From NCBI GenBank assembly GCA_028711705.1, contig JAQTRS010000002.1:73617-137616 (forward strand): DNA of 64,000 nt, given 5' to 3'. Within the stretch, counting starts at the first letter, position 1. Each line of letters begins with the position of its first letter. A program made the translations under genes and the position numbers. Shown one piece after another: positions 49,691-59,170 of the stretch. The notes beneath the pieces are model-generated. The model saw only the letters and a program-made list of their open reading frames with translations, searched no databases and was not told where the DNA came from. This DNA is from Candidatus Moraniibacteriota bacterium. Its GTDB lineage: Bacteria; Patescibacteriota; Minisyncoccia; Moranbacterales; UBA1568.

Positions 49691-49765
49691 CAATAACCGA
49701 TAACCAAAATCCAATAATCAAAAAATCACTTTGGAAATTGGAATTGGATGATTGGTTATTGGTTT
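49691..49765. repeat. Period-7 imperfect hairpin repeat between tRNA genes (copy 2)
   Basis: CCAAT/ATTGG heptamer array; matches 3858-3890. Confidence 0.6.
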
Positions 49766-49839
49766 TGGCAGGAGTGGTAGGAATCGAACCTACGCAAACG
49801 GTTTTGGAGACCGTTGTACTACCATTATACGACACTCCC
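49766..49839 (-). tRNA. tRNA-Trp(CCA)
   Basis: Anticodon loop CTCCAAA; encoded CCA end. Confidence 0.93.
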
Positions 49840-49854
49840 AAAAGCAGATGAGAG

Positions 49855-50016
49855 CTACTTGCTCTCAGTATGCTTGGTATTCTTGCGGCACCACTTACAG
49901 AATTTGCTCAATTCCAGTTTCTCTTTCACCTTCTTCTTATTCCGGCTCGTGTGGTGCGTGATGTTCTTGCAATCAACACACTTCATCTTGGCCATAGTAT
50001 CCTTAATCTGTCCCAT
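49855..50016 (-). CDS. rpmG: 50S ribosomal protein L33 (Zn-type)
   Basis: Not in ORF track; manual translation MGQIKDTMAKMKCVDCKNITHHTSRNKKKVKEKLELSKFCKWCRKNTKHTESK. Confidence 0.93.
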   Translation of the reverse strand: MGQIKDTMAKMKCVDCKNITHHTSRNKKKVKEKLELSKFCKWCRKNTKHTESK

Positions 50017-50042
50017 ACAACATATCTTAACGAATAAAACGC

Positions 50043-50164
50043 TTCTTTAGCCTTGAGCCATTGATCCCGACCAGGTCGGGATGACCTTGTCTTTCTTTAG
50101 CCTTGAGCCATTGATCCCGACCAGGTCGGGATGACCTTGTCTTTCTTTAGCCTTGAGCCATTGA
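50043..50164. repeat. 50-bp tandem repeat (about 2.4 copies) derived from the tRNA-Thr 3' end
   Basis: TTCTTTAGCCTTGAGCCATTGATCCCGACCAGGTCGGGATGACCTTGTCT twice, plus a 22-nt partial copy overlapping the tRNA. Confidence 0.9.
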
Positions 50165-50228
50165 CCGGATTCGGACCGGTGACCTCGTCCTTACCAAGGA
50201 CGTGCTCTACCAGCTGAGCTACAACGGC
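50156..50228 (-). tRNA. tRNA-Thr(GGT)
   Basis: GCCGTTGTAGCTCAG...TTGGTAA...; T-loop TCCGAAT. Confidence 0.92.
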
Positions 50229-50258
50229 TTGCAACTACTACTCTTTACAACAATTTTG

Positions 50259-50342
50259 TGGGTAGGGAGGGATTCGAACCCCCGTAGGCATAAAGCCGAC
50301 AGATTTACAGTCTGCTACGATTGACCACTCCGTCACCTACCC
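50259..50342 (-). tRNA. tRNA-Tyr(GTA)
   Basis: Anticodon loop CTGTAAA; long variable arm. Confidence 0.95.
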
Positions 50343-50370
50343 ATAGCCTATTCTCTTTTCTATCTCACTG

Positions 50371-50443
50371 AGCCACCTGTCGGACTCGAACCGACGACCC
50401 ACGGTTTACAAAACCGTTGCTCTACCAGCTGAGCTAAGGTGGC
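50371..50443 (-). tRNA. tRNA-Thr(TGT)
   Basis: GCCACCTTAGCTCAG...TTTGTAA...GGTTCGAGTCC. Confidence 0.95.
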
Positions 50444-50509
50444 TGGAAACATTATTTCCGCGTTTTTGAAAACACAACAATAACCCCCTCTATTTATATA
50501 CCATTATTC

Positions 50510-51199
50510 TTATTTTTGTTCAAGCATTTTTTCAAGACGCCTGATTTTGATTTTCGCAAGACGATGGACGGGACTGAGCCTTAACACCTGCCTGTAACAT
50601 TCCTTGGCATCCTGCAGATTCCCCTGCTCCATATAATACTCGCCCAAGCGCTCATAGGCCTCCAAATCACGCGGGTTGGCCGCTATGCGCTCGACTAAAA
50701 TGTCCTCAAGCTGATTTTTAATCGCTGGCGAAGGTGGTTCGATGATTGCGGAAGGCTTAGCTACCGAAGGCTTCACTCTCGGTTCCGGCTGCGCCACCCG
50801 TTGACTCACCATCGGGCGGATTCTACGATCCCTCGCTTCAGGCTGCGGCGGCGCCTGCGTTTCCTCACGCCGCTGAGGGGCGGCATCTTCCGAAACAATG
50901 ACTGCCGGCTTGACGGGAGTCTTGGATTTCTTCTCCCGAATCGACTGTGTCCAGCTGTGCAAGGCATTATATGTACGCAGCGTCATCACCTTGAACCACT
51001 GCGCGAGCCGTTCCAATATATACAGCGAACCGCGTTTCAACGAATCGAAAATATGCAGATTGTAAGCGCTCTTCACTTCCGGATCGCTCAGGTGTGCCGT
51101 AATCTCCTTTTCAACGCGAGGGAACCTCCGAGAAAAGAAATACACCAAACCGACGAGCGCTGCGATGACGATAATGGGAGGCAGTGTCAAATACCACAT
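50510..51199 (-). CDS. Membrane-anchored protein with C-terminal TPR
   Basis: N-terminal TM; AYERLGEYY...AKECYRQVLRLSP TPR pattern. Confidence 0.8.
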   Translation of the reverse strand: MWYLTLPPIIVIAALVGLVYFFSRRFPRVEKEITAHLSDPEVKSAYNLHIFDSLKRGSLYILERLAQWFKVMTLRTYNALHSWTQSIREKKSKTPVKPAVIVSEDAAPQRREETQAPPQPEARDRRIRPMVSQRVAQPEPRVKPSVAKPSAIIEPPSPAIKNQLEDILVERIAANPRDLEAYERLGEYYMEQGNLQDAKECYRQVLRLSPVHRLAKIKIRRLEKMLEQK

Positions 51200-51230
51200 G
51201 AGAAGTTTTTTTCAAGCTTAAGGCTTTTAT

Positions 51231-51812
51231 TTACAATTCATATCGCACGAAATCTCCCACCACGATATTCTCTCCCATCTTTCCGACCGCTTCGGCGATA
51301 AGGTCCTGCACCGTCTTGTTGGGGTCTTTCACGAAAGGCTGCGACAAAAGCGCCATATCTTCGCGGAATTTCTTTTCCTTGCCGGCCATGATGGTCTCGA
51401 ACATATTTTCAGGCTTCTTTTCGGCCTGAAGCTGCTCTATCCAAATAGCCTTCTCCTTCTCTATTACTTCGGAGGCGACATCCTCTGCGCGCAACACCTT
51501 CGGACCAAGGGCGGCGACATGCATCGCGATATCTTTCGCCAAGTCCTGGAATTCCTCGTTGCGACCCACGAATTCGGTCTCGCAGAAAAGCTTCACCATA
51601 GAACCGACTTTTTTGTTCGGGTGCAGATACATCGCGATAACGCCCTCTTTCGTCTCTCGATCGGTCTTCTTCAAGGCCTTTGCCTGACCGCGCTTTCGCA
51701 GGATATCCAACGCCTTTTCCATATCCCCGTTCGCTTCGTCAAAAGCCTTCTTGGCATCAACAACACCGGCGCCGGTCTTTTCGCGTAATTCTTTCACTAA
51801 TGCTAAACTCAT
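51231..51812 (-). CDS. tsf: Elongation factor Ts (short form)
   Basis: VKELREKTGAG, CETEFV, 193 aa. Confidence 0.96.
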   Translation of the reverse strand: MSLALVKELREKTGAGVVDAKKAFDEANGDMEKALDILRKRGQAKALKKTDRETKEGVIAMYLHPNKKVGSMVKLFCETEFVGRNEEFQDLAKDIAMHVAALGPKVLRAEDVASEVIEKEKAIWIEQLQAEKKPENMFETIMAGKEKKFREDMALLSQPFVKDPNKTVQDLIAEAVGKMGENIVVGDFVRYEL

Positions 51813-51868
51813 AGTTTTGGATTTTAACGGTTTTAAGCTTCCCTCAAAAAGATTCCAAGCATATGCGA

Positions 51869-52654
51869 CTACTTCGTGGAGACGTTCTCGGACAAAGCCT
51901 TACCGATACAGGCCAGGATCAAACGGAGTGAAGAGATAGCATCGTCGTTGGCAGGAATCGGATAGTCGATACAAGAAGGGTCCGTGTTGGTATCGACGAT
52001 ACCGGATACGGGAATATTGAGCTTACGAGCCTCCTGGACTACGATAGAGCTTTCTTTGACATCAGCGATAAACACAGCACCCGGGAGCTCGGTCATTTCT
52101 TTGATACCGCCCATGCGCTTTTCCAATTTCTCCAGTTCTTCGGTCTTTTTCGCCTGTTCGAACTTGGTGTACTTCTTGAATTCCCCGCGAGCCTGCTGCT
52201 CTTCGGATTCCTTCAAATACTTGGTTCGGCTGCGAATCACCTTGAAATTGGTGAATGTTCCGCCGATCCAGCGCTCCACGACATAAAGAGCGTTCAAACG
52301 GTGCGCCAATGACTCAATAAGGTCGTTGGCCTGCTTTTTGGTGCCGACAAACAACACTTTCTTACCGTCTTTCTGCACGGAAGCCAGGAATTTCATCGCT
52401 TCCTGGAGCTTTTCCATCGTCTTCTGCAAGTCGATGATGTTGATATTATTACGTGTCGTATAGATATACTCATCCATTTTCGGATGACGACGGGATTTCA
52501 TATGTCCAAAATGAACACCGCTTTTGAGCATCGATTCCAGGGTCATTTCCACCTTCGAGAAATCGAACTCGGCAAAATAAGTGTCGGTGTTATGCTTCGC
52601 GTTCTTCTTCGTTGCTGCCGCCTCTGGGGCGATCGCTTTCGTTTCTTCTGTCAT
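51869..52654 (-). CDS. rpsB: 30S ribosomal protein S2
   Basis: GVHFGH, RWIGGTFTN, IPANDDA. Confidence 0.98.
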   Translation of the reverse strand: MTEETKAIAPEAAATKKNAKHNTDTYFAEFDFSKVEMTLESMLKSGVHFGHMKSRRHPKMDEYIYTTRNNINIIDLQKTMEKLQEAMKFLASVQKDGKKVLFVGTKKQANDLIESLAHRLNALYVVERWIGGTFTNFKVIRSRTKYLKESEEQQARGEFKKYTKFEQAKKTEELEKLEKRMGGIKEMTELPGAVFIADVKESSIVVQEARKLNIPVSGIVDTNTDPSCIDYPIPANDDAISSLRLILACIGKALSENVSTK

Positions 52655-52823
52655 ACGTCTTATTCCTTATAAATTACGTCTATCGTTCCGCATATAAGCC
52701 TTATTTCCCAACAAAAAGCCGGGTCAGGACGGCAATGAGCGCGTTTCAAACCCCCGTAGAAAGGGGTCAGAAGCAAGCTCTGGAGCGATATGTGAATTTC
52801 TCCCAATCGGGAGATGTATGAAA

Positions 52824-52851
52824 AGTATAGCAAATTCATGAAGCTTGTCAA
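52824..52851 (-). promoter_or_regulatory. Sigma70 promoter of rpsB-tsf
   Basis: TTGACA, 16-nt spacer, TATACT with TGn. Confidence 0.7.
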
Positions 52852-52924
52852 TTTTCAAGACACGTGCTACACTAATTCAATCAATATGGGAATGATTTAA
52901 ATTACACATTATAATGACGCGAAT

Positions 52925-53209
52925 ATGAAATCAAGCATTCATCCAAAATACTTTGAAAAAGCGGAAATTACCTGCGCTTGCGGAGCCGTCCTTACTGTCG
53001 GATCGACCGTGGAAAAGATGAGTATTGAAATCTGCTCCAACTGCCATCCTTTCTATACCGGAAAGAAAAAGACTATCGACTCGACCGGTCGTGTTGATCG
53101 CTTCAAGAAGCTTTCCCAGAAGGCTCAGGCACTCAAAACAACCAAGCCTGCCACCTCCAAGAAGGAAAAAATCGCCGCTCGCAAAGAAAAGCAAGCTATC
53201 GAAAAATAG
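52925..53209 (+). CDS. rpmE: 50S ribosomal protein L31 (Zn-type)
   Basis: [19 protein letters not shown]. Confidence 0.97.
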   Translation: MKSSIHPKYFEKAEITCACGAVLTVGSTVEKMSIEICSNCHPFYTGKKKTIDSTGRVDRFKKLSQKAQALKTTKPATSKKEKIAARKEKQAIEK

Positions 53210-53320
53210 CGTCCCTTCAAGCATACGAAAAAGTTGCCCGATGATCGTCGTTGGCAACTTTTTGTTTACAAGAAAGCATAAACTCGCTACAGTACAAGTA
53301 CTCCCTAAAAGAATATCGTT

Positions 53321-54403
53321 ATGAAAAAACTCATCGAGGATATCAAAAAAGAATACGCGGACATCACCAAGAAGCTCGAAATGACACAAACCCTTTCCGA
53401 TGCGCAGCTGATGATGAAGCTCGGCAAACGACAGTCGGAGCTCAATAACGTGCTCGGATACATCAATGCGCTCGAAAAGATCGAGGCGGACATGAAGGGT
53501 AATGCAGAAATCATCAACAGCGAAACCGATGAGGAGCTCAAAGCTATGGCCATGGAGGAAAACATGGGGCTTGTCACCGCCAAAGAAGAGACTGAACAAC
53601 TCCTCAAAAAACTCCTCCTTCCCAAGGATCCGCATGACGACAAGGATGTTATCGTGGAAATCAGAGGCGGAGCCGGCGGCGATGAGTCAGCTCTCTTTGC
53701 GGCCAGTCTGTTCCGTATGTACTCGCGCTATGCCGAAAAGGAAGGTTGGCGGATCAATATCTTGCACAGCAATCAAACCGGTATCGGCGGCTACAAGGAA
53801 ATCGTCTTCGAAATGAATAAAGGCTTCGGAGAACACAGCGTCTTCCAAAAGATGAAGTACGAGTCCGGCGTCCATCGCGTACAACGCATCCCTGAAACGG
53901 AAAAATCCGGACGCATCCACACCTCCACCGCGACCGTCGCTGTGTTGCCGCAGGCGGAAGAGGTCGATCTTGTCATCCACGAGAACGACCTGCGCATCGA
54001 CACCTACTGCTCATCCGGACCCGGAGGACAGTCGGTCAATACCACCAAGTCCGCCATCCGCATCACGCATATCCCAACCGGGCTCGTGGTAACCTGTCAG
54101 GATGAGAAGTCCCAGCACAAGAACAAGGACAAGGCGCTTCAGGTGCTCCGTTCCCGCCTCTTGCAGCAAGAAGAAGACAAGCAAAGCAAAGAACTCGGCG
54201 ATGCCCGGCGCGATCAGATCGGCACCGGCGACCGCAGCGAAAAGATCAGGACATACAACTTCCCGCAAGACCGTGTCACCGACCATCGCATCAAGCAGTC
54301 CTGGAGCAATATCCCGGGTATCCTCGACGGAAAATTCGACGACATCATCACCGCCCTCGAGGAGGAAGACATGAAACGCAAACTCGAGGCGCAGTCGAAA
54401 TAA
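53321..54403 (+). CDS. prfA: Peptide chain release factor 1
   Basis: [11 protein letters not shown] (PxT), GGQ, RTYNFPQ. Confidence 0.97.
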   Translation: MKKLIEDIKKEYADITKKLEMTQTLSDAQLMMKLGKRQSELNNVLGYINALEKIEADMKGNAEIINSETDEELKAMAMEENMGLVTAKEETEQLLKKLLLPKDPHDDKDVIVEIRGGAGGDESALFAASLFRMYSRYAEKEGWRINILHSNQTGIGGYKEIVFEMNKGFGEHSVFQKMKYESGVHRVQRIPETEKSGRIHTSTATVAVLPQAEEVDLVIHENDLRIDTYCSSGPGGQSVNTTKSAIRITHIPTGLVVTCQDEKSQHKNKDKALQVLRSRLLQQEEDKQSKELGDARRDQIGTGDRSEKIRTYNFPQDRVTDHRIKQSWSNIPGILDGKFDDIITALEEEDMKRKLEAQSK

Positions 54404-54485
54404 AAACGGTAGCGAGGCCATTGCCCGCTACCGCAGTGTGAGTTATTTTTCAACCTCCGATTCAGATTTTGAAATGAGAGCCGAT

Positions 54486-54899
54486 TCAATAGTATTGTTC
54501 TACCCTATCCAAGGATACGCTCTCATTCGAAGCCAATGTCAAAATATAAGAGGCACCGGTCCTAGGAATTTTGAAAGGGGTCCCGAGCTCGATAGTCTCA
54601 TCATAGTGCCCTCCTCCATTCAGGTATTTTCCATGCAATTTGAAAACCCCTTCGTCAGGCCGAGTGACGAGCAGATATTCCATGCCCGCATCACGCACGA
54701 ACGGATGACTTTCCAAAAGCTGCTTTCCTACACCGACGACAACGCAATCCACTGACCTATACTTCAGTACATACTTCATATCGATCATCACAACACCTCG
54801 CTTATCTTTACAAAAAAACATTCGCCATAAAAACAGCATCCTTTGAATGAATCTGCGCAACCCTACATTCAAACGATGCCCCATCTTAACGCTTTCCAC
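54486..54899 (-). CDS. Hypothetical protein in opposite orientation between prfA and prmC
   Basis: 137-aa ORF filling the gap; start uncertain. Confidence 0.4.
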   Translation of the reverse strand: MESVKMGHRLNVGLRRFIQRMLFLWRMFFCKDKRGVVMIDMKYVLKYRSVDCVVVGVGKQLLESHPFVRDAGMEYLLVTRPDEGVFKLHGKYLNGGGHYDETIELGTPFKIPRTGASYILTLASNESVSLDRVEQYY

Positions 54900-54904
54900 A
54901 CGCT

Positions 54905-55804
54905 ATGTCAACCACCATCAAAGATATCCTCACTTCACAATCATCGGCTATCGATTCGCTCGATCGCGAGCTTATCGTCGCGCATGCCATCCAAAGGCCG
55001 CGCGAATTCGTTCTGACATATCCGGAACACCCGCTTACCGAAGAGCAATGCGCCCTGACAGAATCCCTTCTGAAGCGGCGCGCTCGGCATGAACCGCTCG
55101 CCTATCTTCTCGGGCATCGGGAGTTTTTCGGACTGGATTTTGACGTGACTCCGGATACGCTCATCCCGAGACCGGAGACGGAACTTATGATCGAAGAAAT
55201 CGTGAAACGTGAATCCGGAATCAAGATGCAGGAATCAAACGATACGAAAACCTGCATCGTCGATGTCGGAACGGGATCGGGATGCATCATCATCACGCTC
55301 GCGAAGGAACTTCTGAAAAATACGCCCGACATAATACCACCTCTTTTCTTCGGTGTCGATATCTCACCGGAAGCAATCATGGTCGCTCAAGAAAATGCTC
55401 GCGTATATGGCCTTGAAAATACCGTTCTGTTCTCGCCATCCGATCTGCTGGAAAACATTTCGGAGCAACTCCTCGATCCATCGATCGGATCGCTTATCAT
55501 CACGGCCAATCTCCCCTACCTCTCGCGTGAGATATACGAAGCATCTATGCCCGATGTACGAAACTTCGAACCCCTATCCGCCTTAGTGAGCAATGAGGAA
55601 GGATTGCAGCACTATCGAAGATTGCTGAAGCAGATACGAAGCATACTCTCAGTAAAAAAGATGCGCACGCAACTTTTCTTCGAGATCAGTCCCGAACAAA
55701 AAGACGGTATCGAAAAACTCATCGGAAACTATTTTCCACAGGCATCCCCAAGGACGCTGCGCGATCTTTCCGGAAAATACCGCCTTACCATCGTCAACAT
55801 CTAG
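54905..55804 (+). CDS. prmC: Release factor glutamine methyltransferase
   Basis: LIPRPETE, DVGTGSG, NLPY. Confidence 0.95.
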   Translation: MSTTIKDILTSQSSAIDSLDRELIVAHAIQRPREFVLTYPEHPLTEEQCALTESLLKRRARHEPLAYLLGHREFFGLDFDVTPDTLIPRPETELMIEEIVKRESGIKMQESNDTKTCIVDVGTGSGCIIITLAKELLKNTPDIIPPLFFGVDISPEAIMVAQENARVYGLENTVLFSPSDLLENISEQLLDPSIGSLIITANLPYLSREIYEASMPDVRNFEPLSALVSNEEGLQHYRRLLKQIRSILSVKKMRTQLFFEISPEQKDGIEKLIGNYFPQASPRTLRDLSGKYRLTIVNI

Positions 55805-55811
55805 CCGGACA

Positions 55812-55933
55812 TACATTCAATGGTTCGAGTGCAGCTCTCTGAGCGTAAGCGAGGAGTGAAATAGTCCCAATGGCTATCGGGATGTCGAGCACCGGAGCTT
55901 ACAACAACGACACGTACCGAACCATTGAACGTA
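55812..55933 (+). ncRNA. ssrS: Candidate minimal 6S RNA
   Basis: 12-bp closing stem TTCAATGGTTCG/CGAACCATTGAA; CTGAGC, ACGACAC and GAACC motifs in the same order as in E. coli 6S. Confidence 0.5.
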
Positions 55934-55980
55934 GATACAACAAAGCCGCCTCATTGGGCGGCTTTGTTGTATCTACGTTT
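55928..55980. terminator. Long bidirectional terminator hairpin
   Basis: AACGTAGATACAACAAAGCCGCC/GGCGGCTTTGTTGTATCTACGTT, perfect 23-bp stem. Confidence 0.85.
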
Positions 55981-56008
55981 CAGAAGCAAGATTAAAAATC
56001 AATCTTGA

Positions 56009-56203
56009 TTATTTTTTCTTGGAAGTCTTCTTCACGGCCTTCTTGGCTACCTTCTTCACAGCCTTCTTGGCTACTTTTTTCACAGCCTTCTTCACGGCCT
56101 TCTTGGCTACTTTCTTCACAGCCTTCTTAGGTGCTACTTTTTTCACAGCCTTTTTCACCGCTTTCTTCACAGCCTTCTTGGCTACTTTTTTCTTTGCTGC
56201 CAT
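56009..56203 (-). CDS. Histone H1-like Lys/Ala/Val repeat protein
   Basis: Composed almost entirely of KKAV/KKVA repeats. Confidence 0.8.
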   Translation of the reverse strand: MAAKKKVAKKAVKKAVKKAVKKVAPKKAVKKVAKKAVKKAVKKVAKKAVKKVAKKAVKKTSKKK

Positions 56204-56991
56204 ATGTGTCACCTCCTTTCTTATTTTTATTTTTATTTAACGTGGGAAAATTCTATAACACGTATTCCGAAAACGATTTCCGAAATTTTCTTTCACGCGA
56301 TTACAGTATAATTTATTTCTTTGCATCTTGCAAAAATATTTCATCGCGAGTACATTCATTATACATGAAAAAAATCTTTTTAAAAATATTCTGTCAAGCG
56401 ATGACGTGTAAAAAATTCACAACGCTTCTTGCACACGAAGTATCATCGCAGAAAAAATATATCACCGGCTCTTTGGAGCATAAACCTACATTCATTCGAA
56501 GCGCTGACAAACAGCTATCTTCTACTACGAAAATTCATCGTTTCTTTTTTCATAAAAATTATTTTCTCTCACATGGGGAAAAATTTTATTTTCCATTCTT
56601 CCTCCTTACATCTCTTCTGAAAAATATACAGCGAACTATTTTCACACGACGCGTGCAAAAACATCATCCATCGATCCGATGAGAACCCTTCCATCTTTCA
56701 CGTGATTTTCGTCCATATTTTTTGACACTCCCGGCCGCCTTTCGATCGAAAAAATACGCGGTATCGGCACGCGGATTTTGGCTGTGATTACGATACAAAA
56801 CACATTTTTTGTCGAGTTGACGCCAAAAAACGTAACGGATACAATACTAGGTAGTTGGGGGTCGATACTGCTCACCCACATTTTGCCGCAAGCTTACAAG
56901 GCTTTTGGCGAAATGAGGATAAGGCACGGCTTCAACGCAAGCTACGCTGCATCACTGATAAAAATATATTCTAGGAAGGAAGGTGAATTCT

Positions 56992-57606
56992 ATGAATGAA
57001 AACAACCCGAATACTGATAGTAACGGTAGCACGGTAAAGGCATGGCTTGAGGACAATCTTCGCGTTCTCTTGAGCATCCTTATCGTAGTGGCTATCGCTG
57101 GAGGAATTTACTCTTATTCCAAGCGATCGCAGGCACCGACAGTTACCGATATCGCGCAAGATAGTCAGGATTCTCTGCTCGAGCAGTTCGCATCCGATCA
57201 GGAAGGATCAAGCGAGATGAAGGCAGTGGATGAAGCAGACACAAAAGATAGCGCCGTATCAGGAGATAAGCAGGTAACATCGGTCGCGACTGAGACGAGC
57301 AAGGAAACAGAAAACTCCTTCATTGAATCTGCGAAGCGAGGCGATGGAGTGACTCATCTTGCAAGACGCGCCACGGCCAACTATCTCGAGAAGAATCCAG
57401 ATTCCACGCTCACTCGTGAGCATAAGATCTATATCGAGGATTACCTCCGAAAGAATGTCCAGAAGAAAAACGGATTAGCGATCGGATCATCGGTCGAATT
57501 TCAGAAAGACCTGATCAAGGGCGCTATCGAAAAATCCAAGCAGCTCAATGACAAGCAACTTCAGAATCTGAAAAAATACTCTGCACGCGCACCGTCACTC
57601 AAATAA
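56992..57606 (+). CDS. Membrane-anchored hypothetical protein
   Basis: Single TM; GDGVTHLARRA and IYIEDYL motifs; terminator hairpin at about 57662-57684. Confidence 0.75.
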   Translation: MNENNPNTDSNGSTVKAWLEDNLRVLLSILIVVAIAGGIYSYSKRSQAPTVTDIAQDSQDSLLEQFASDQEGSSEMKAVDEADTKDSAVSGDKQVTSVATETSKETENSFIESAKRGDGVTHLARRATANYLEKNPDSTLTREHKIYIEDYLRKNVQKKNGLAIGSSVEFQKDLIKGAIEKSKQLNDKQLQNLKKYSARAPSLK

Positions 57607-57714
57607 AAGGTATTTGAAAAACAGAAGCTCTGTCTGGAAAAGAAGCCCATAGTACATGCATAAAACCCCGCAACGCGGGGTTTTATGCTGTTTTGCTTTC
57701 GTGGCGCTCTTTTA

Positions 57715-58731
57715 TCATTTCGACTGACGTTCTATCCAGAAGAAAAATATGCCCGTCAAAACAATAAGGCCAGCGAGCGTCATCAGCTTTTCCAGCGCAT
57801 CCGCATGCAGAGCTATCGCCGCGATGATGATCGTGATGCCATACAGGAAGAGCGTGATGGAAAGCGATGACCAACCGATCCCCCGCAATCGATGGTGCAG
57901 ATGACGCGTATCGGCAGCGAAAATAGACACTCCGGAACGTAGTCTGTCGAATACCACCCACACCGCATCCAGAAGCGGAAGAGCCAATACCAATACCGCC
58001 GTCGCGATTTTCGTTCCGGAAAACAAGGCCAATACCGCCAGCATGAAACCCAAAAACCATGACCCGCTCGTCCCGGCGAAAATCCTGGCCGGGTAGAAAT
58101 TAAAAAGAAGGAATCCTAGGCTTGCTCCGGCAAGCGCAAGAGAGAAAATGGCCACCGGAGGCTGATTGACTTCCGGCCGAAGACTGAGAAGAAACACGGT
58201 CGAAAATCCGATGAATGCTATGCCTCCACACAGACCATCGATTCCATCCGCCCAGTTCACGGCATTCATCACCACGATGATCCATGCGACGGTAACGATG
58301 AAGCTCACACCGAGCATCCAGCCTGCATCGAAAAAGATAGCTTCCCCGAAAGGATTGGTGAGCGACAGTATGCGGATGCCGAAAGCGAAGGCCACGGCGC
58401 CCGCGAGCATCTGGGCCATAAGCTGCGACTTCCACGAGATTTCTTTCATATCATCGAGCAGACCGACGATAAGTATCAGCATCGAAATGCTGATTACCCC
58501 CCACCAAGAAGTTGTCAACACCAGATGACTGTTCAGAAACAATGTCACCAAAAAAGAGATGACCAATGCCGCACCACCGAAACGCAGTATCCCTCGCTTG
58601 TGATCATGACGCGCCCCATGCCGCGCTTCCTTGGGACGGATACGCCAAAAAATAATCTGTACAAGCACGATGCATGCTATGGAAAGGAAGAACGCAATCA
58701 AGAAGGGCGAGAGGTAAAACGAAGCATCCAT
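57715..58731 (-). CDS. MraY/WecA/TagO-family polyprenyl-phosphate sugar-1-phosphate transferase
   Basis: GLLDD, NAVNWADGIDGL, FNFYPARIF, HLHHRL. Confidence 0.92.
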   Translation of the reverse strand: MDASFYLSPFLIAFFLSIACIVLVQIIFWRIRPKEARHGARHDHKRGILRFGGAALVISFLVTLFLNSHLVLTTSWWGVISISMLILIVGLLDDMKEISWKSQLMAQMLAGAVAFAFGIRILSLTNPFGEAIFFDAGWMLGVSFIVTVAWIIVVMNAVNWADGIDGLCGGIAFIGFSTVFLLSLRPEVNQPPVAIFSLALAGASLGFLLFNFYPARIFAGTSGSWFLGFMLAVLALFSGTKIATAVLVLALPLLDAVWVVFDRLRSGVSIFAADTRHLHHRLRGIGWSSLSITLFLYGITIIIAAIALHADALEKLMTLAGLIVLTGIFFFWIERQSK

Positions 58732-58763
58732 ATACCGATATACTATTTCTTAAGTTCCTTTGG

Positions 58764-59165
58764 CTAATAATTGATAAAGGCGATGCTGGCGCACGCGAAC
58801 ACCGATCCCAAACTGATCAGGATGGATGTCAGCAGCAGCACATAGGAAGCGATTCTTTCTTGCTGCCCATAGAACCACTGCGCCAACAGTGTATTGATGA
58901 TAACGAATACCAGGACGATAGCCGGAATCATGAATACCTGCCCCCACTCCCCGATCAGATCGACACCGAAATAGACATTATAATGCAATATCACTATGGA
59001 TTGCTGCGAGCGCACGAAAATCGCCAATAAAACCGCTCCGATAATCTGCAGTATACCCGACGTCAACAGCGAAAAGCGTACGAGCGTATTATGATAAAAA
59101 GTATGCACATCACCGAGTATGCCACCCCTTACCAGATCCGTTAAAATGTGTCTCCCCTTTTTCAT
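58764..59165 (-). CDS. Small membrane protein
   Basis: 3 TM helices; ILHYNVYFGVD motif. Confidence 0.7.
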   Translation of the reverse strand: MKKGRHILTDLVRGGILGDVHTFYHNTLVRFSLLTSGILQIIGAVLLAIFVRSQQSIVILHYNVYFGVDLIGEWGQVFMIPAIVLVFVIINTLLAQWFYGQQERIASYVLLLTSILISLGSVFACASIAFINY

Positions 59166-59170
59166 GTGCC

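Noticed and set aside
49766-49839. Alternative genetic code (UGA recoding as in Gracilibacteria/Absconditabacteria)
   Set aside because: Conserved genes translate fully under table 11, and no tRNA in the window has a TCA anticodon.
50043-50164. CRISPR array
   Set aside because: Units are fully identical with no unique spacers, they derive from the tRNA 3' end, and no cas genes are present in the window.
51231-51812. EF-Ts as a truncated pseudogene
   Set aside because: Short EF-Ts of about 200 aa is a known functional form, for example in Thermus.
56240-56980. Replication origin in the long AT-rich gap
   Set aside because: I saw no TTATCCACA-type DnaA box cluster; divergent promoters explain part of the gap and the small ORFs look spurious.
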